A stretch of 64,000 nt of DNA from Polyangiaceae bacterium. Lineage in GTDB: Bacteria; Myxococcota_A; Polyangia; Polyangiales; Polyangiaceae. A program made the translations under genes and the position numbers. Shown piece by piece: positions 18,349 through 26,663 of the stretch (positions within the stretch are counted from its first letter, which is position 1; the number at the start of each line of letters is the position of its first letter). Under the pieces are notes generated by a model that worked only from the letters and a program-made list of their open reading frames with translations, made no database searches and had not been told where the DNA came from. The DNA lies in assembly GCA_029941785.1 (NCBI GenBank), contig JAPYTK010000004.1:1450-65449 (forward strand), given 5' to 3'.

Positions 18349-18522
18349 AGGGGAACACCGATGGGACAGTGAGACGAAGAACAAACAAGACACCACCACC
18401 GACGACTCGGCACGACGGTTCGCGGCGGGCAATACAGCCGTCAAGCGCGTGGCGAGCATGACCTGTACATTCATGCGGCGCCCCTTATACTCCGCGAAAA
18501 GCTCACCGGAGCTGGATGCCTC

Positions 18523-19851
18523 ATGGACAGGACGGAATCAGATCTCGAGCAGACCGCGCGGCGAACCGCGGTGGACGAACAGCCAGCGCTGATCATGGCC
18601 TACCACCCGCAGCGCGAGTTCATGGGCAGCTTTCTCCATCTCCAGGGACCGAGCGAACAGGTGTTGGGCCGAGCTTACGACGGCTTCGGCGAGGGTGGTC
18701 TCGACGACAGTCTCATCTCGCGACAGCACGTAGCGATCCGACGCCGAGGACAAGCCGCGGAAGTCCAAGACCTGGATAGCCAAAACGGTACTCTCCTCAA
18801 CGGCGCTCCCCTGACGGACCGCGTGATGCTTGCCCCCGGAGATGTGCTCGCTCTGGGCCGCGTGGCTCTCGTCTTTCAACTCATTCCCGCCTACCACCGC
18901 GCGCCCACCCATCGACACATTGTGGGCACCGGCCCGGCCACCGCTCATTTGCTCGAGCAAATCGACCGCGCAGCGCCGCTCGACGCCGCCGTCTTGTTGC
19001 AAGGTGAAGCTGGCGTCGGCAAAGAGCTCGTCGCGCGCGCACTGCACGACCACAGCGAACGCAACGGTCGCTTCGTCGCCCTCAACTGCGGAGCCGTCGC
19101 CGACGGCGTCATGCACAGCGAGTTGTTCGGCCACCTCCGCGGCGCCTTCTCCGGAGCTGCGGAGAGCCGAGCCGGACTGGTCAAGGACGCAGAAGACGGC
19201 ACCTTGTTGCTCGATGAAATCGGAGATGCCTCGCCGGCGTTTCAGGTAGCGCTGCTGCGCTTGCTCGAACAGAGAGAGTACCGCGCCGTAGGCAGCGATG
19301 AGACACAGCAGGCGAAAGCACGAGTCGTCGCGGCGACGCACGTTCCCCTGCTGTCAGCGGTCGAGGCTGGGCGTTTCCGACATGACCTTTACACGCGGCT
19401 TACCGAGCGGGTCATCGAGGTGGTCCCCTTGCGGTCGCGCCGCGAAGACATCGTCGCCATCGCCCACCATCTGCTCGATCTCGAGGGCCGCAGCGACGCA
19501 ACGCTTAGCCGCACCATGGCGCAGGAGCTCTTGGTGCACGACTGGCCGGGCAACGTGCGCGAATTGCGCAGCGTCGTCCGTCAGGCGCTCAGCGACAGCG
19601 ACGGCGACAGTCTGGTGACGGGGCAGGCTCTGCGGCCATCCGTTTCGCCCACCCTCGATCCCAACGCCCAGACCCAGAGCGTTCAGGTCCGGCCCCGCTC
19701 ACGTCCTACACCAGAAGAGTTGGCCGACGGCTTCCGACGACAGCGTGGCAACATGCAAGCTCTGGCGGGCGAACTCGGTGTGGGACGCAACACTCTCTAT
19801 CGCTGGTTTCGCGACGCCAGCCTCGATCCGGGCAAGCTCCGCGACAGTTGA
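18523..19851 (+). CDS. Sigma-54-dependent transcriptional activator with N-terminal FHA domain
   Basis: FHA block (GRAYD...SRQHVAI...NGTLLNG), AAA+ Walker A GEAGVGKE, GAFSGA variant of GAFTGA, and a C-terminal Fis-type HTH. Confidence 0.85.
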   Translation: MDRTESDLEQTARRTAVDEQPALIMAYHPQREFMGSFLHLQGPSEQVLGRAYDGFGEGGLDDSLISRQHVAIRRRGQAAEVQDLDSQNGTLLNGAPLTDRVMLAPGDVLALGRVALVFQLIPAYHRAPTHRHIVGTGPATAHLLEQIDRAAPLDAAVLLQGEAGVGKELVARALHDHSERNGRFVALNCGAVADGVMHSELFGHLRGAFSGAAESRAGLVKDAEDGTLLLDEIGDASPAFQVALLRLLEQREYRAVGSDETQQAKARVVAATHVPLLSAVEAGRFRHDLYTRLTERVIEVVPLRSRREDIVAIAHHLLDLEGRSDATLSRTMAQELLVHDWPGNVRELRSVVRQALSDSDGDSLVTGQALRPSVSPTLDPNAQTQSVQVRPRSRPTPEELADGFRRQRGNMQALAGELGVGRNTLYRWFRDASLDPGKLRDS

Positions 19852-19954
19852 CAGCGACGAACAGCACGACTGTAAGCATCTACCGACAGTGAAGCGCGTG
19901 GCCGAAGCGGCGCAATCTCGCTATGTTATCCTTCCATATAAGGTTCTTCCAGCC

Positions 19955-20680
19955 ATGACCCCACGATTCCAATCCTCTATCGCCAGCACCACATTGTTCC
20001 TCCTTCTCGCTGCCTGCGGCGCACGCAGCTCCATGTTTTACGAGGATGGGGAAGGCACCGGCGGAAGCGGGCAAGGAGGCGCCGGACAGGGAGGCCTCGC
20101 CAGCACAAATGTGTCGACCTCAACCGCGTCGGTCAGCGCGGTCACCACGACCGTGGTCGTCTCGAGCAGCGGACCGGTGACGAGCAGCATCACGAGCACC
20201 GGCGCCAGCATGACCACGGTCAGCAGTTCTGTCGCGAGCACCGTCACGAGTTCTGTCGCGAGCACCGTCACGAGTTCTGTCGCTAACACCGTCGTGAGCA
20301 CGGGTACCGGCATGGGAGGCATGGTCAACTGCGGCACAGCGACCTGCACGAGCAGCGAGGTCTGTTGTTTCGACGACAACAACATGAACAACAACTTTTG
20401 CAGCCAGCCCGGCGGTTGTATCCAAGACACCATTGAAATTGAGTGCATGGGTGCGAGCGACTGCGGCCAGGGCGAGGTTTGTTGCGCCACCTTCCAATGG
20501 TTCGGCCCCGGACAAGAAGGATACAAAGGCGTGAAGTGCGTCGCATCCTGTGACGATCCTCCGAGCAACGGACAGACCGCTTTCCTCTTGTGCTCCGATG
20601 ATCCGAACGTGTGCACGGGCAACGACACCTGCCAAAGCAGCATGGTCTTGCCTCAGGGCTTCAAGTACTGCGGCAACTAG
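19955..20680 (+). CDS. Secreted lipoprotein with Ser/Thr/Val-rich repeat linker and Cys-rich C-terminal domain
   Basis: Lipobox LFLLLAAC, linker SSVASTVTSSVASTVTSSVANTV, and a C-terminal ~120 aa with more than 16 Cys. The ATG at 19955 is chosen over the longer ORF. Confidence 0.6.
   Translation: MTPRFQSSIASTTLFLLLAACGARSSMFYEDGEGTGGSGQGGAGQGGLASTNVSTSTASVSAVTTTVVVSSSGPVTSSITSTGASMTTVSSSVASTVTSSVASTVTSSVANTVVSTGTGMGGMVNCGTATCTSSEVCCFDDNNMNNNFCSQPGGCIQDTIEIECMGASDCGQGEVCCATFQWFGPGQEGYKGVKCVASCDDPPSNGQTAFLLCSDDPNVCTGNDTCQSSMVLPQGFKYCGN
20225..20296 (+). repeat. 24-bp tandem repeat x3 (in-frame, coding)
   Basis: AGTTCTGTCGCGAGCACCGTCACG is exact at 20225-20248 and 20249-20272. The third copy has 4 mismatches. 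Confidence 0.9.
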
Positions 20681-20793
20681 AACACCGGCTAGCGGACAAT
20701 GGCGGCTCATGACGCCTGCTGCGCAACCATTGCCCCCATCGAAGGGTCGAGTAGCAGCCGAGCCCACGGCCGCACGAAAGAACCGAGCGTGAG

Positions 20794-21150
20794 CTAGCGC
20801 TGCGCCAATTCACGCAACAGTGGCATGTCCTTCACCGCATCCGGCGACCGCTGCGCGAGCCACTCGAAAGAGTCTTTGCGCTGCGCCCACACGCCGCTGA
20901 CGATCTGCTCATCCAGCGCTTGCAGACGCGACACCAAACCCATTTCCCGAGCCGTCCACTCGTCCCCGCGCTGTCGCGCTTCGGCCACGCTTTCGATGAG
21001 CAAAGCGCGCTCGTCGAGCATGGCCGAGATGTCGTCGACCTCAAGCGCTCCGCGCGCCAGCTTCTCGGTCATCCGCAACGCCTGTTGGAGGATCTCGGCC
21101 ATGCTTTGGCCCGAAGGCGCACCGAGACCCGTACTGTCGTTTCCGCTCAT
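20794..21150 (-). CDS. Hypothetical helical protein, possibly a FliT-like flagellar chaperone (by position)
   Basis: 118 aa. Its ATG shares one base with the fliS stop (TGATG). Occupies the fliT slot of a fliD-fliS-fliT arrangement. No diagnostic motif. Confidence 0.35.
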   Translation of the reverse strand: MSGNDSTGLGAPSGQSMAEILQQALRMTEKLARGALEVDDISAMLDERALLIESVAEARQRGDEWTAREMGLVSRLQALDEQIVSGVWAQRKDSFEWLAQRSPDAVKDMPLLRELAQR

Positions 21151-21557
21151 CAGGTCCCCGTCGACTGCTCGGATGGAGACTCACCCGTCTTGACTTGCTG
21201 AACCGCTTCTCGAAAACCATCACGTAGAGGCTTGAGGATTTGAATGATCTCGCGCACGAGATCGGGATCCTGATCGATGTTCGCCTTCACGATGTGCCCC
21301 ATACAAAAAACGTAGACCCCCTCGAGGTTGTCACAGAGTTCGGGCCAGATATCGGGCTTCAAGGTGCTGACAAATTCGCTCAGGATCGCGTAGGCCCGGT
21401 CGAGGCGTTCGCCCGCCCGCGCGCGGTCCTTTTTCTCCATCGCGACCGCCGCCTCGTTGAGAAAGCGAAAACAGCCATCGTACAGCATCACCAAAAGATC
21501 GCCGGGGGACGAGGTCTTCACCTGGACCGATTTGTAGCGCTGGATTCCTCGATGCAT
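21150..21557 (-). CDS. fliS: Flagellin-specific chaperone FliS
   Basis: YKSVQVKTSSPGDLLVMLYDGCFRFL is a typical FliS N-terminal block. 135 aa, located after fliD. Confidence 0.9.
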   Translation of the reverse strand: MHRGIQRYKSVQVKTSSPGDLLVMLYDGCFRFLNEAAVAMEKKDRARAGERLDRAYAILSEFVSTLKPDIWPELCDNLEGVYVFCMGHIVKANIDQDPDLVREIIQILKPLRDGFREAVQQVKTGESPSEQSTGT

Positions 21558-21602
21558 CTTTACCTTCGACCTCTCTACCTTCAGATTACGCTACCACCCT
21601 AA

Positions 21603-22976
21603 TTATTTCCTAGAGTACTGCTGAAAATTCACCAAACCAGACAGACCCGCCCCCTGTTGGTTGATCTTGCTGATCATGATTTCGAGGTCGGTATAACGCT
21701 TCCGCAGGCGCGCTTCATAGGAATCGAGCCTACGCTGAAGGTCGAGTTGCCGCTCGGCGAGTCGCTTGATCTCCGATTCGAAGGACTTCTCCCGCGTCTT
21801 GAGAACCGAATCCGTGTCGTCGGCGAGAGCGTCGACGACGTTACTGATGAGCTTCATCATCCCGTCGGTGCTCGTCGAACTGTCGCCGACAAACACCTTC
21901 GCCACGGCATCCGGATCGTCCTCGAGGGCGGCCGTGAGTTTGTCCTCGTCGAGATCGAGCGAGCCGGAGCTGCTGAGCGAAACGCCCACGGCCGCCAACA
22001 TGTTGTACTTACCAGTCAGTCCGGGAACCGCACTCGCCACGATGCGTGAAAGCCGGTTCAAGCTGCTGCGAATGGCACTATCCCCGGATAAGTTCTTGTT
22101 TGAAGCCTGAGTCGATCCGTATCCGGCCGCCAGATGCCCGGCCGAGACCGCGGCGTTGTAGGCGCTGATGAAGGCGCCTATCTTGCTCGCCTGGGAACTG
22201 GGATCAGGCGCCACGTCCAGCTTGATGTCACTGGTCGTCGTCTTGGTCGCGGTGAGCGTTATCCCGGGGACCACGTCGGTGAACTTGTTCGTCGCCCGCG
22301 AAATCGTAAACTGATTGTCGATCGTGATCGTGGCATTTTGGGCGCTCTGATAGGTATTCGCGCCGGTGCTCAAGCCGAGAGCGACGGTGCCACTTTCCTG
22401 ATAGACGACCTGGTTGACATCGCCGGTGTCCTTGCCGAGCACGAGCAGGCGGTGTTGCGAACCGTCGTAGATCACCGAAGCGGTGACCCGCGCACTGCTG
22501 GAGTTGATTTTCGTCGCGATGTCGGTCAGCGAGTCCGCCGCTTCGACGGTGACCGCGACGGTCGCAGAGCCACCGACGGTGATGTCGAGAGTGCCTGCCT
22601 GAGCCAGGGCCGCGGTGGAGTCAGCGAAGGCATCGGACTTGGTGCGGGTCTCTTGTGCCAACTGGCTGACGCCGATGGAATAATTGCCAGCGAGCGCCGA
22701 TCCGGTGACGGTGGCGACGACCGGCGCCTCGCCGTTCGCATCTTTGCCCACGGTCGTCGTAAAGGACGCAAATTCCGCATCGGTGTCGAGCTTCTCCGCG
22801 GCGGTCTTGATCGCTGAAACCCTGCTGAGCACGGACGCCAGCTGGGTCTTCGCAGAAGTCAGACTCGCTTGTTTGGCCTGATTGCGCAGGAGCGGAATCC
22901 GCTCGACCCCCATGAGGCCGTCGATCAGGGCATTGGTATCAAGCCCGCTCGCTAGTCCGCCAAACGTAATCGCCAT
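21603..22976 (-). CDS. fliD: Flagellar filament cap protein FliD
   Basis: N-terminal ITFGGLASGLDTNALIDGLM and a C-terminal coiled-coil (RYTDLEIMISKINQQ). 457 aa. Confidence 0.9.
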   Translation of the reverse strand: MAITFGGLASGLDTNALIDGLMGVERIPLLRNQAKQASLTSAKTQLASVLSRVSAIKTAAEKLDTDAEFASFTTTVGKDANGEAPVVATVTGSALAGNYSIGVSQLAQETRTKSDAFADSTAALAQAGTLDITVGGSATVAVTVEAADSLTDIATKINSSSARVTASVIYDGSQHRLLVLGKDTGDVNQVVYQESGTVALGLSTGANTYQSAQNATITIDNQFTISRATNKFTDVVPGITLTATKTTTSDIKLDVAPDPSSQASKIGAFISAYNAAVSAGHLAAGYGSTQASNKNLSGDSAIRSSLNRLSRIVASAVPGLTGKYNMLAAVGVSLSSSGSLDLDEDKLTAALEDDPDAVAKVFVGDSSTSTDGMMKLISNVVDALADDTDSVLKTREKSFESEIKRLAERQLDLQRRLDSYEARLRKRYTDLEIMISKINQQGAGLSGLVNFQQYSRK

Positions 22977-23040
22977 GACATTTAAACCCTATGAGGGACC
23001 TCCGTCGTCAATGCCTCGTACAACCACACACCCCAGACAA

Positions 23041-23055
23041 GCGAAATCCGTGCCA
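23041..23055 (-). promoter_or_regulatory. Candidate sigma-54 promoter upstream of fliD
   Basis: Minus-strand TGGCACGGATTTCGC, with GG and GC at consensus spacing and -12 TCGC versus TTGC. About 63 nt upstream of the fliD ATG. Confidence 0.5.
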
Positions 23056-23129
23056 TACGCCGCCATCCCGCGGCGCAGGCACGCTGTACATATAGAACGG
23101 CCGTGGCGGCCATTCCTTTAATGGGCTTC

Positions 23130-23960
23130 CTAGCGCAAGAGCGAGAGAGCCAAGACCGGCGTCTGGTTCGCCTGGGCAAGTACCGAAGTACCCGCTTGCA
23201 GGAGCACCTGCGAACGCGCGAGATGAGCCGTCTCCGAGGCGACATCGACGTCACGAATGACGCTGTTTGCAGCCTCGAGGTTGGTACGCATCGTCTGCGA
23301 GTTCGCCACCGCGATGCCGAGGCGGTTCGCCGCAGCACCAAACTCCGCACGAGAGGTCGAAACCTGCCCGAGCGCCGCGTCGATGGCCGTAATGGCCGTC
23401 GTTGCGTTCGTGGCGGTCGCGCCGCTCACGTTGACACCACTCAAACCGAGGCTTGAGACGCTAATGCCGCCAAAGCCGACGGAAATGGTATCGAATGAGG
23501 TGGTGTTGATACCTACCTGGAACGCAATGGACGTGGCCGTGCCGGCCAACAGCTCTTTTCCGTTGAACTCGGTCGACTCAGCGAGCCGATCGATTTCGTC
23601 CTTGAGCAAGGCAAACTCGGTGTTGACATAGCCACGGTCCGTGGAGGTCAGGTCGCCGTTGGCGCTCTGAACCGCCAGCTCTCGCATACGAATGACGATG
23701 CCGCTGATCTCGTTGAGACCACCTTCCGCGGTGTTGGCCATGCTGATGGCGTTACTGGTGTTGCGCTCCGCAACTTTGAAGCTGCGGATTCGCGACTTTA
23801 GGGACTCACTGACGCCGAGCCCAGCAGCGTCGTCGGAGGCCGAGTTGACACGAAAACCACTGGAGAGCCGTTGAAACGACGTCTGCAGTGCTCCTTGCGC
23901 CTTGTTGAGGTTCTTTTGCGCGTTCAGGGACGCGACGTTGGTGTTAATATATAAGGGCAC
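23130..23960 (-). CDS. fliC: Flagellin
   Basis: N-terminal (V)PLYINTNVASLNAQKNLNKAQGALQTSFQRLSSGFRVNSASDDAAGL and C-terminal LARSQVLLQAGTSVLAQANQTPVLALSLLR. A GTG start at 23960 is preferred because GGAAGGAG lies 7 nt upstream. Confidence 0.9.
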   Translation of the reverse strand: MPLYINTNVASLNAQKNLNKAQGALQTSFQRLSSGFRVNSASDDAAGLGVSESLKSRIRSFKVAERNTSNAISMANTAEGGLNEISGIVIRMRELAVQSANGDLTSTDRGYVNTEFALLKDEIDRLAESTEFNGKELLAGTATSIAFQVGINTTSFDTISVGFGGISVSSLGLSGVNVSGATATNATTAITAIDAALGQVSTSRAEFGAAANRLGIAVANSQTMRTNLEAANSVIRDVDVASETAHLARSQVLLQAGTSVLAQANQTPVLALSLLR

Positions 23961-23992
23961 GTTTTGACTCCTTCCTAGAGTACACATCGCTA

Positions 23993-24010
23993 CGTGCCAT
24001 CATTGGCACG
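23993..24010 (-). promoter_or_regulatory. 7-bp stem / 4-nt loop hairpin or palindromic operator in the flagellin leader
   Basis: CGTGCCA-TCAT-TGGCACG is a perfect palindrome about 35 nt upstream of the flagellin start. Confidence 0.35.
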
Positions 24011-24088
24011 CACGGCGTCCTGGACATCGTCATGATGCCCATGGGGGATACCGCTGGCATCGGAAACCTCCGCCAGGCGACTTGGGAT

Positions 24089-24118
24089 GTTGACAGGGTC
24101 CCGCCGGATCCCGTCAAC
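24089..24118 (-). terminator. Stem-loop between the flgJ-like gene and fliC
   Basis: GTTGACAGG...CCCGTCAAC: 9-bp stem with one mismatch and a 12-nt loop. Lies 47 nt downstream of the flgJ-like stop. Confidence 0.35.
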
Positions 24119-24164
24119 TCTAACGAACGGTCGATCGCTGGAGAACTTTAGTTTGATTTTTCGC

Positions 24165-24932
24165 TTAGGCCTGCCGCGCGGCCTCTTCCTCGTCTTCGAT
24201 CGGAGCCGCGATTCTCGAAGACAAGGCGCTCACCGAGTCGATCACGCGCGCTACTTCGACCGCCGTGGGCAGCATCGCCGTACCCCCATCGAGGGCCAGC
24301 GACTCACGCGCGAGCTCGTGACCGTACAAGAAGCCGCCACCCTTGCGCACCTGAAGACCACGGTCGGCCTGCTGCCATGAAGGGGCCCCGTGGGCGCCCT
24401 GACGGACGTGTGCACGCATCGCGGCGGCGTAGGCGTCTTGCGGCGCCGTGTAATAGCCCCGGCGCTTTAGAGCAGCGCTGAAGCCGTCCACGTCCCCACG
24501 CTCCGCTTCGGCCACAGCCTTCCCGTAGCCCGCCCGCATGAACTTCACATAATCGACGGCGCCCTCGTTGAGGCTCCGGTACGCACGAAATCCCGCGCGT
24601 ATGGACGTCTTCTTTCCGTCGAAGAACTCGGTGGTCCCATAACGAGCCACCAATCCGCGCTCGCTCGGACCTTTGATCCCTCCGAAGTTGTAGTTGAACA
24701 TCCGCTCGCCGTTGGCCGTCTCATGCGAAACGTGGGCCGTGAGGATGTCGAGCATCGCCGGCTTCGGCGCCTGCCCAGTGACGCGCTGATGCGCTCGCGC
24801 GATCGCGGCTCGCATCTTGGTAGGAGAGACGGGGGTGCGTGTAGCCCTCACTTCACGCGACGTCCTCGGCTGGCCGCCCGCCCGTTGGGCGCGCGCGACA
24901 CGAGCAATAGACGGTACCGATGAAATCGCCAC
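24165..24932 (-). CDS. flgJ: FlgJ-like peptidoglycan hydrolase (glucosaminidase domain)
   Basis: HETANGERMFNYNFGGIKG...FRAY resembles the FlgJ C-terminal N-acetylglucosaminidase domain. Adjacent to fliC. GTG start. Confidence 0.65.
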   Translation of the reverse strand: MAISSVPSIARVARAQRAGGQPRTSREVRATRTPVSPTKMRAAIARAHQRVTGQAPKPAMLDILTAHVSHETANGERMFNYNFGGIKGPSERGLVARYGTTEFFDGKKTSIRAGFRAYRSLNEGAVDYVKFMRAGYGKAVAEAERGDVDGFSAALKRRGYYTAPQDAYAAAMRAHVRQGAHGAPSWQQADRGLQVRKGGGFLYGHELARESLALDGGTAMLPTAVEVARVIDSVSALSSRIAAPIEDEEEAARQA

Positions 24933-24945
24933 GAGGAGTTACATC

Positions 24946-24960
24946 GCAACATACGTGCCG
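24946..24960 (-). promoter_or_regulatory. Candidate sigma-54 promoter upstream of the flgJ-like gene
   Basis: Minus-strand CGGCACGTATGTTGC: GGCACG-N4-TTGC at exact spacing. Only 13 nt separate it from the annotated GTG. Confidence 0.5.
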
Positions 24961-25093
24961 AACTCAACCGAGCGACTTTCCCTCGAATCGTAGGGTATTT
25001 GGCCTCGATGTACGGTCAGGTGCGAGCGCGTCCCCGTGTCGGAATTTTGGCGATCCTCAAAAATCTTTCGCCATAAGTTTGACGGTATGCATC

Positions 25094-25137
25094 GTTCATG
25101 AACATCTGAGAGCAGATGAACACATTGTCACACATTG
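25094..25137. promoter_or_regulatory. Cluster of palindromes and direct repeats, candidate enhancer (UAS) for divergent sigma-54 promoters
   Basis: GTTCATGAAC is a perfect 10-bp palindrome. ATCTG-AGAG-CAGAT is a second palindrome. ACACATTG occurs twice with a 10-bp period. Confidence 0.35.
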
Positions 25138-25293
25138 GCGCAGGGCGCACGACATCCTCATACGGTTTAACGGACAAACCAGTGAAGGACTTGAGGGGAA
25201 ATCGCAAAAAGTCTGATTCATCGAAGCGCGCGGCGGCCGCTCGACAGCTCATCGAGAGCGATGAGGGCGATTGCACGGCACGAGAAACAAAGT

Positions 25294-25308
25294 TGGTACG
25301 ACTCTCGC
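25294..25308 (+). promoter_or_regulatory. Candidate sigma-54 promoter facing the activator gene
   Basis: TGGTACGACTCTCGC: GG and GC at consensus spacing with two mismatches. About 270 nt upstream of the ATG at 25577. Confidence 0.3.
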
Positions 25309-25576
25309 AAAGCGTGTTGGATCGACACTTCGTTAACTGGTTCGATGCGCAGCAAGCTCAAGACCAGTCAAGCGCCATGCAAGACCACACCACGCTTCGA
25401 AGACCACAAAAAACTACAGCGGAACCAGGTGGAGGTTTTAGTGTTACATTGTAACCATTGGGAATTCCTAGATTTTTTCTCGGGTTCACTATTGACGAAT
25501 ATAGGTGCGAGGCCTTACATTCATAAGACTCCATCTCCACTTCATTTTTCGAGGAACACTCTCTGGGAGGAGCCTA

Positions 25577-26656
25577 ATGGTTGATCCACTAAAAGATATC
25601 GTCGCTCATGTCATGAATGAGTGCCGAAACGACGATGACAGTGGGGAAATCGTCGAGTCCGGTGTGCGGCGCCTGACTTTCAGGCCGACTTCGCGAGGCA
25701 AGATCGTGGGCCGATGCCGAAAGGTGCGGGCGATCATCGAGACGATCGACCGAGTCGCCAAGAGCACATGCAATGTCCTTTGCACTGGCGAGAGCGGTAC
25801 AGGCAAAGAGCTGTTCGTCAGCGCCCTTCACGACGCCAGCCGTCGCAGCGAAGGCCCGCTCGTGACCGTGAACTGCGGTGCCCTGCCCGAGAACCTGATG
25901 GAGAGCGAGCTCTTCGGCCATGCTCGCGGCGCTTTTACCGGAGCCCACGTCACCCGTCAGGGGCGAGTGGCGCAAGCGGAAGGCGGCACACTGTTTTTGG
26001 ACGAAATTGGCGAGCTGCCGATGAAACTGCAGAGCAAGCTGCTTCGCTTGCTTCAGGAGCGCGAATACACGCCGGTCGGCGACAACCGCACGATCAAGTG
26101 CGACATCCGGATCGTCGCGGCGACCAACCGCGACTTGGCCGAAGAGGTCACCAAGGGCGCCTTCCGCGAAGACCTTTACTACCGACTCAACGTCATCCAC
26201 CTCGCCTTGCCCGCGCTGCGCGAACGCATGGAAGACATGGACGATCTCATCGACCATTTCTATCGCAATTCGCTGGAGATGGCCGGCCGAGACGATCTCG
26301 AAGGCATCGACGACAGCGCGCGCGACGCGCTGAAGTGTCACGATTGGCCAGGCAACATTCGCGAGCTCGAGAACGTCGTACAGCGCGCGGTGCTCCTGTC
26401 GGTGGGACCGATGATTTCTGCCGACGACATTCCCATGGACTTCGGACGCGCCAGTGGCCCAGACTCCGCACTTTGTCATGAGCTGCCGGACGAGGGGATC
26501 AATCTCCGCAGCGTGATCGACGAGTACGAGAGCAACTTGGTCCGCCAAGCGCTGGAGCGAACCAGCTGGAACAAGAACCAGGCCGCCAAACTACTCGGCC
26601 TGAACCGCACGACCCTCGTCGAGATGGTGAAGCGAAAGAAGCTTCAGTCCGTCTGA
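25577..26656 (+). CDS. Sigma-54-dependent activator lacking an N-terminal regulatory domain (AAA+ plus Fis-type HTH only)
   Basis: GGGAGGAG Shine-Dalgarno before the ATG at 25577. Walker A GESGTGKE begins about 70 aa in. [15 protein letters not shown], and C-terminal [23 protein letters not shown]. Confidence 0.85.
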   Translation: MVDPLKDIVAHVMNECRNDDDSGEIVESGVRRLTFRPTSRGKIVGRCRKVRAIIETIDRVAKSTCNVLCTGESGTGKELFVSALHDASRRSEGPLVTVNCGALPENLMESELFGHARGAFTGAHVTRQGRVAQAEGGTLFLDEIGELPMKLQSKLLRLLQEREYTPVGDNRTIKCDIRIVAATNRDLAEEVTKGAFREDLYYRLNVIHLALPALRERMEDMDDLIDHFYRNSLEMAGRDDLEGIDDSARDALKCHDWPGNIRELENVVQRAVLLSVGPMISADDIPMDFGRASGPDSALCHELPDEGINLRSVIDEYESNLVRQALERTSWNKNQAAKLLGLNRTTLVEMVKRKKLQSV

Positions 26657-26663
26657 ACACCGC

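Noticed and set aside
18408-18423. Sigma-54-like CGGCACGACGGTTCGC upstream of the FHA activator
   Set aside because: The GG-to-GC spacing is 11 instead of the required 10 nt, and sigma-54 promoters are intolerant of spacing changes.
24124-24150. Sigma-28-like TAAAGTTC-N11-ACCGTTCG (minus strand) upstream of fliC
   Set aside because: Only 4 of 8 positions match in the -10 box (GCCGATAA). It overlaps the end of the flgJ-like gene and lies upstream of a stem-loop, so it is too weak to call.
25116-25454. ORFs 25116-25454 (+) and 25016-25276 (-) in the lower-GC intergenic region
   Set aside because: They have atypical composition for this genome, no ribosome-binding site and no motif. The region is better explained as a regulatory spacer.
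25441-25584. 47-codon upstream ORF (GTG after GGAGG) overlapping the activator start
   Set aside because: Its codon composition is AT-rich and unlike the genuine genes here, and it shows no motif. It is probably non-coding leader sequence, although a regulatory uORF cannot be excluded.
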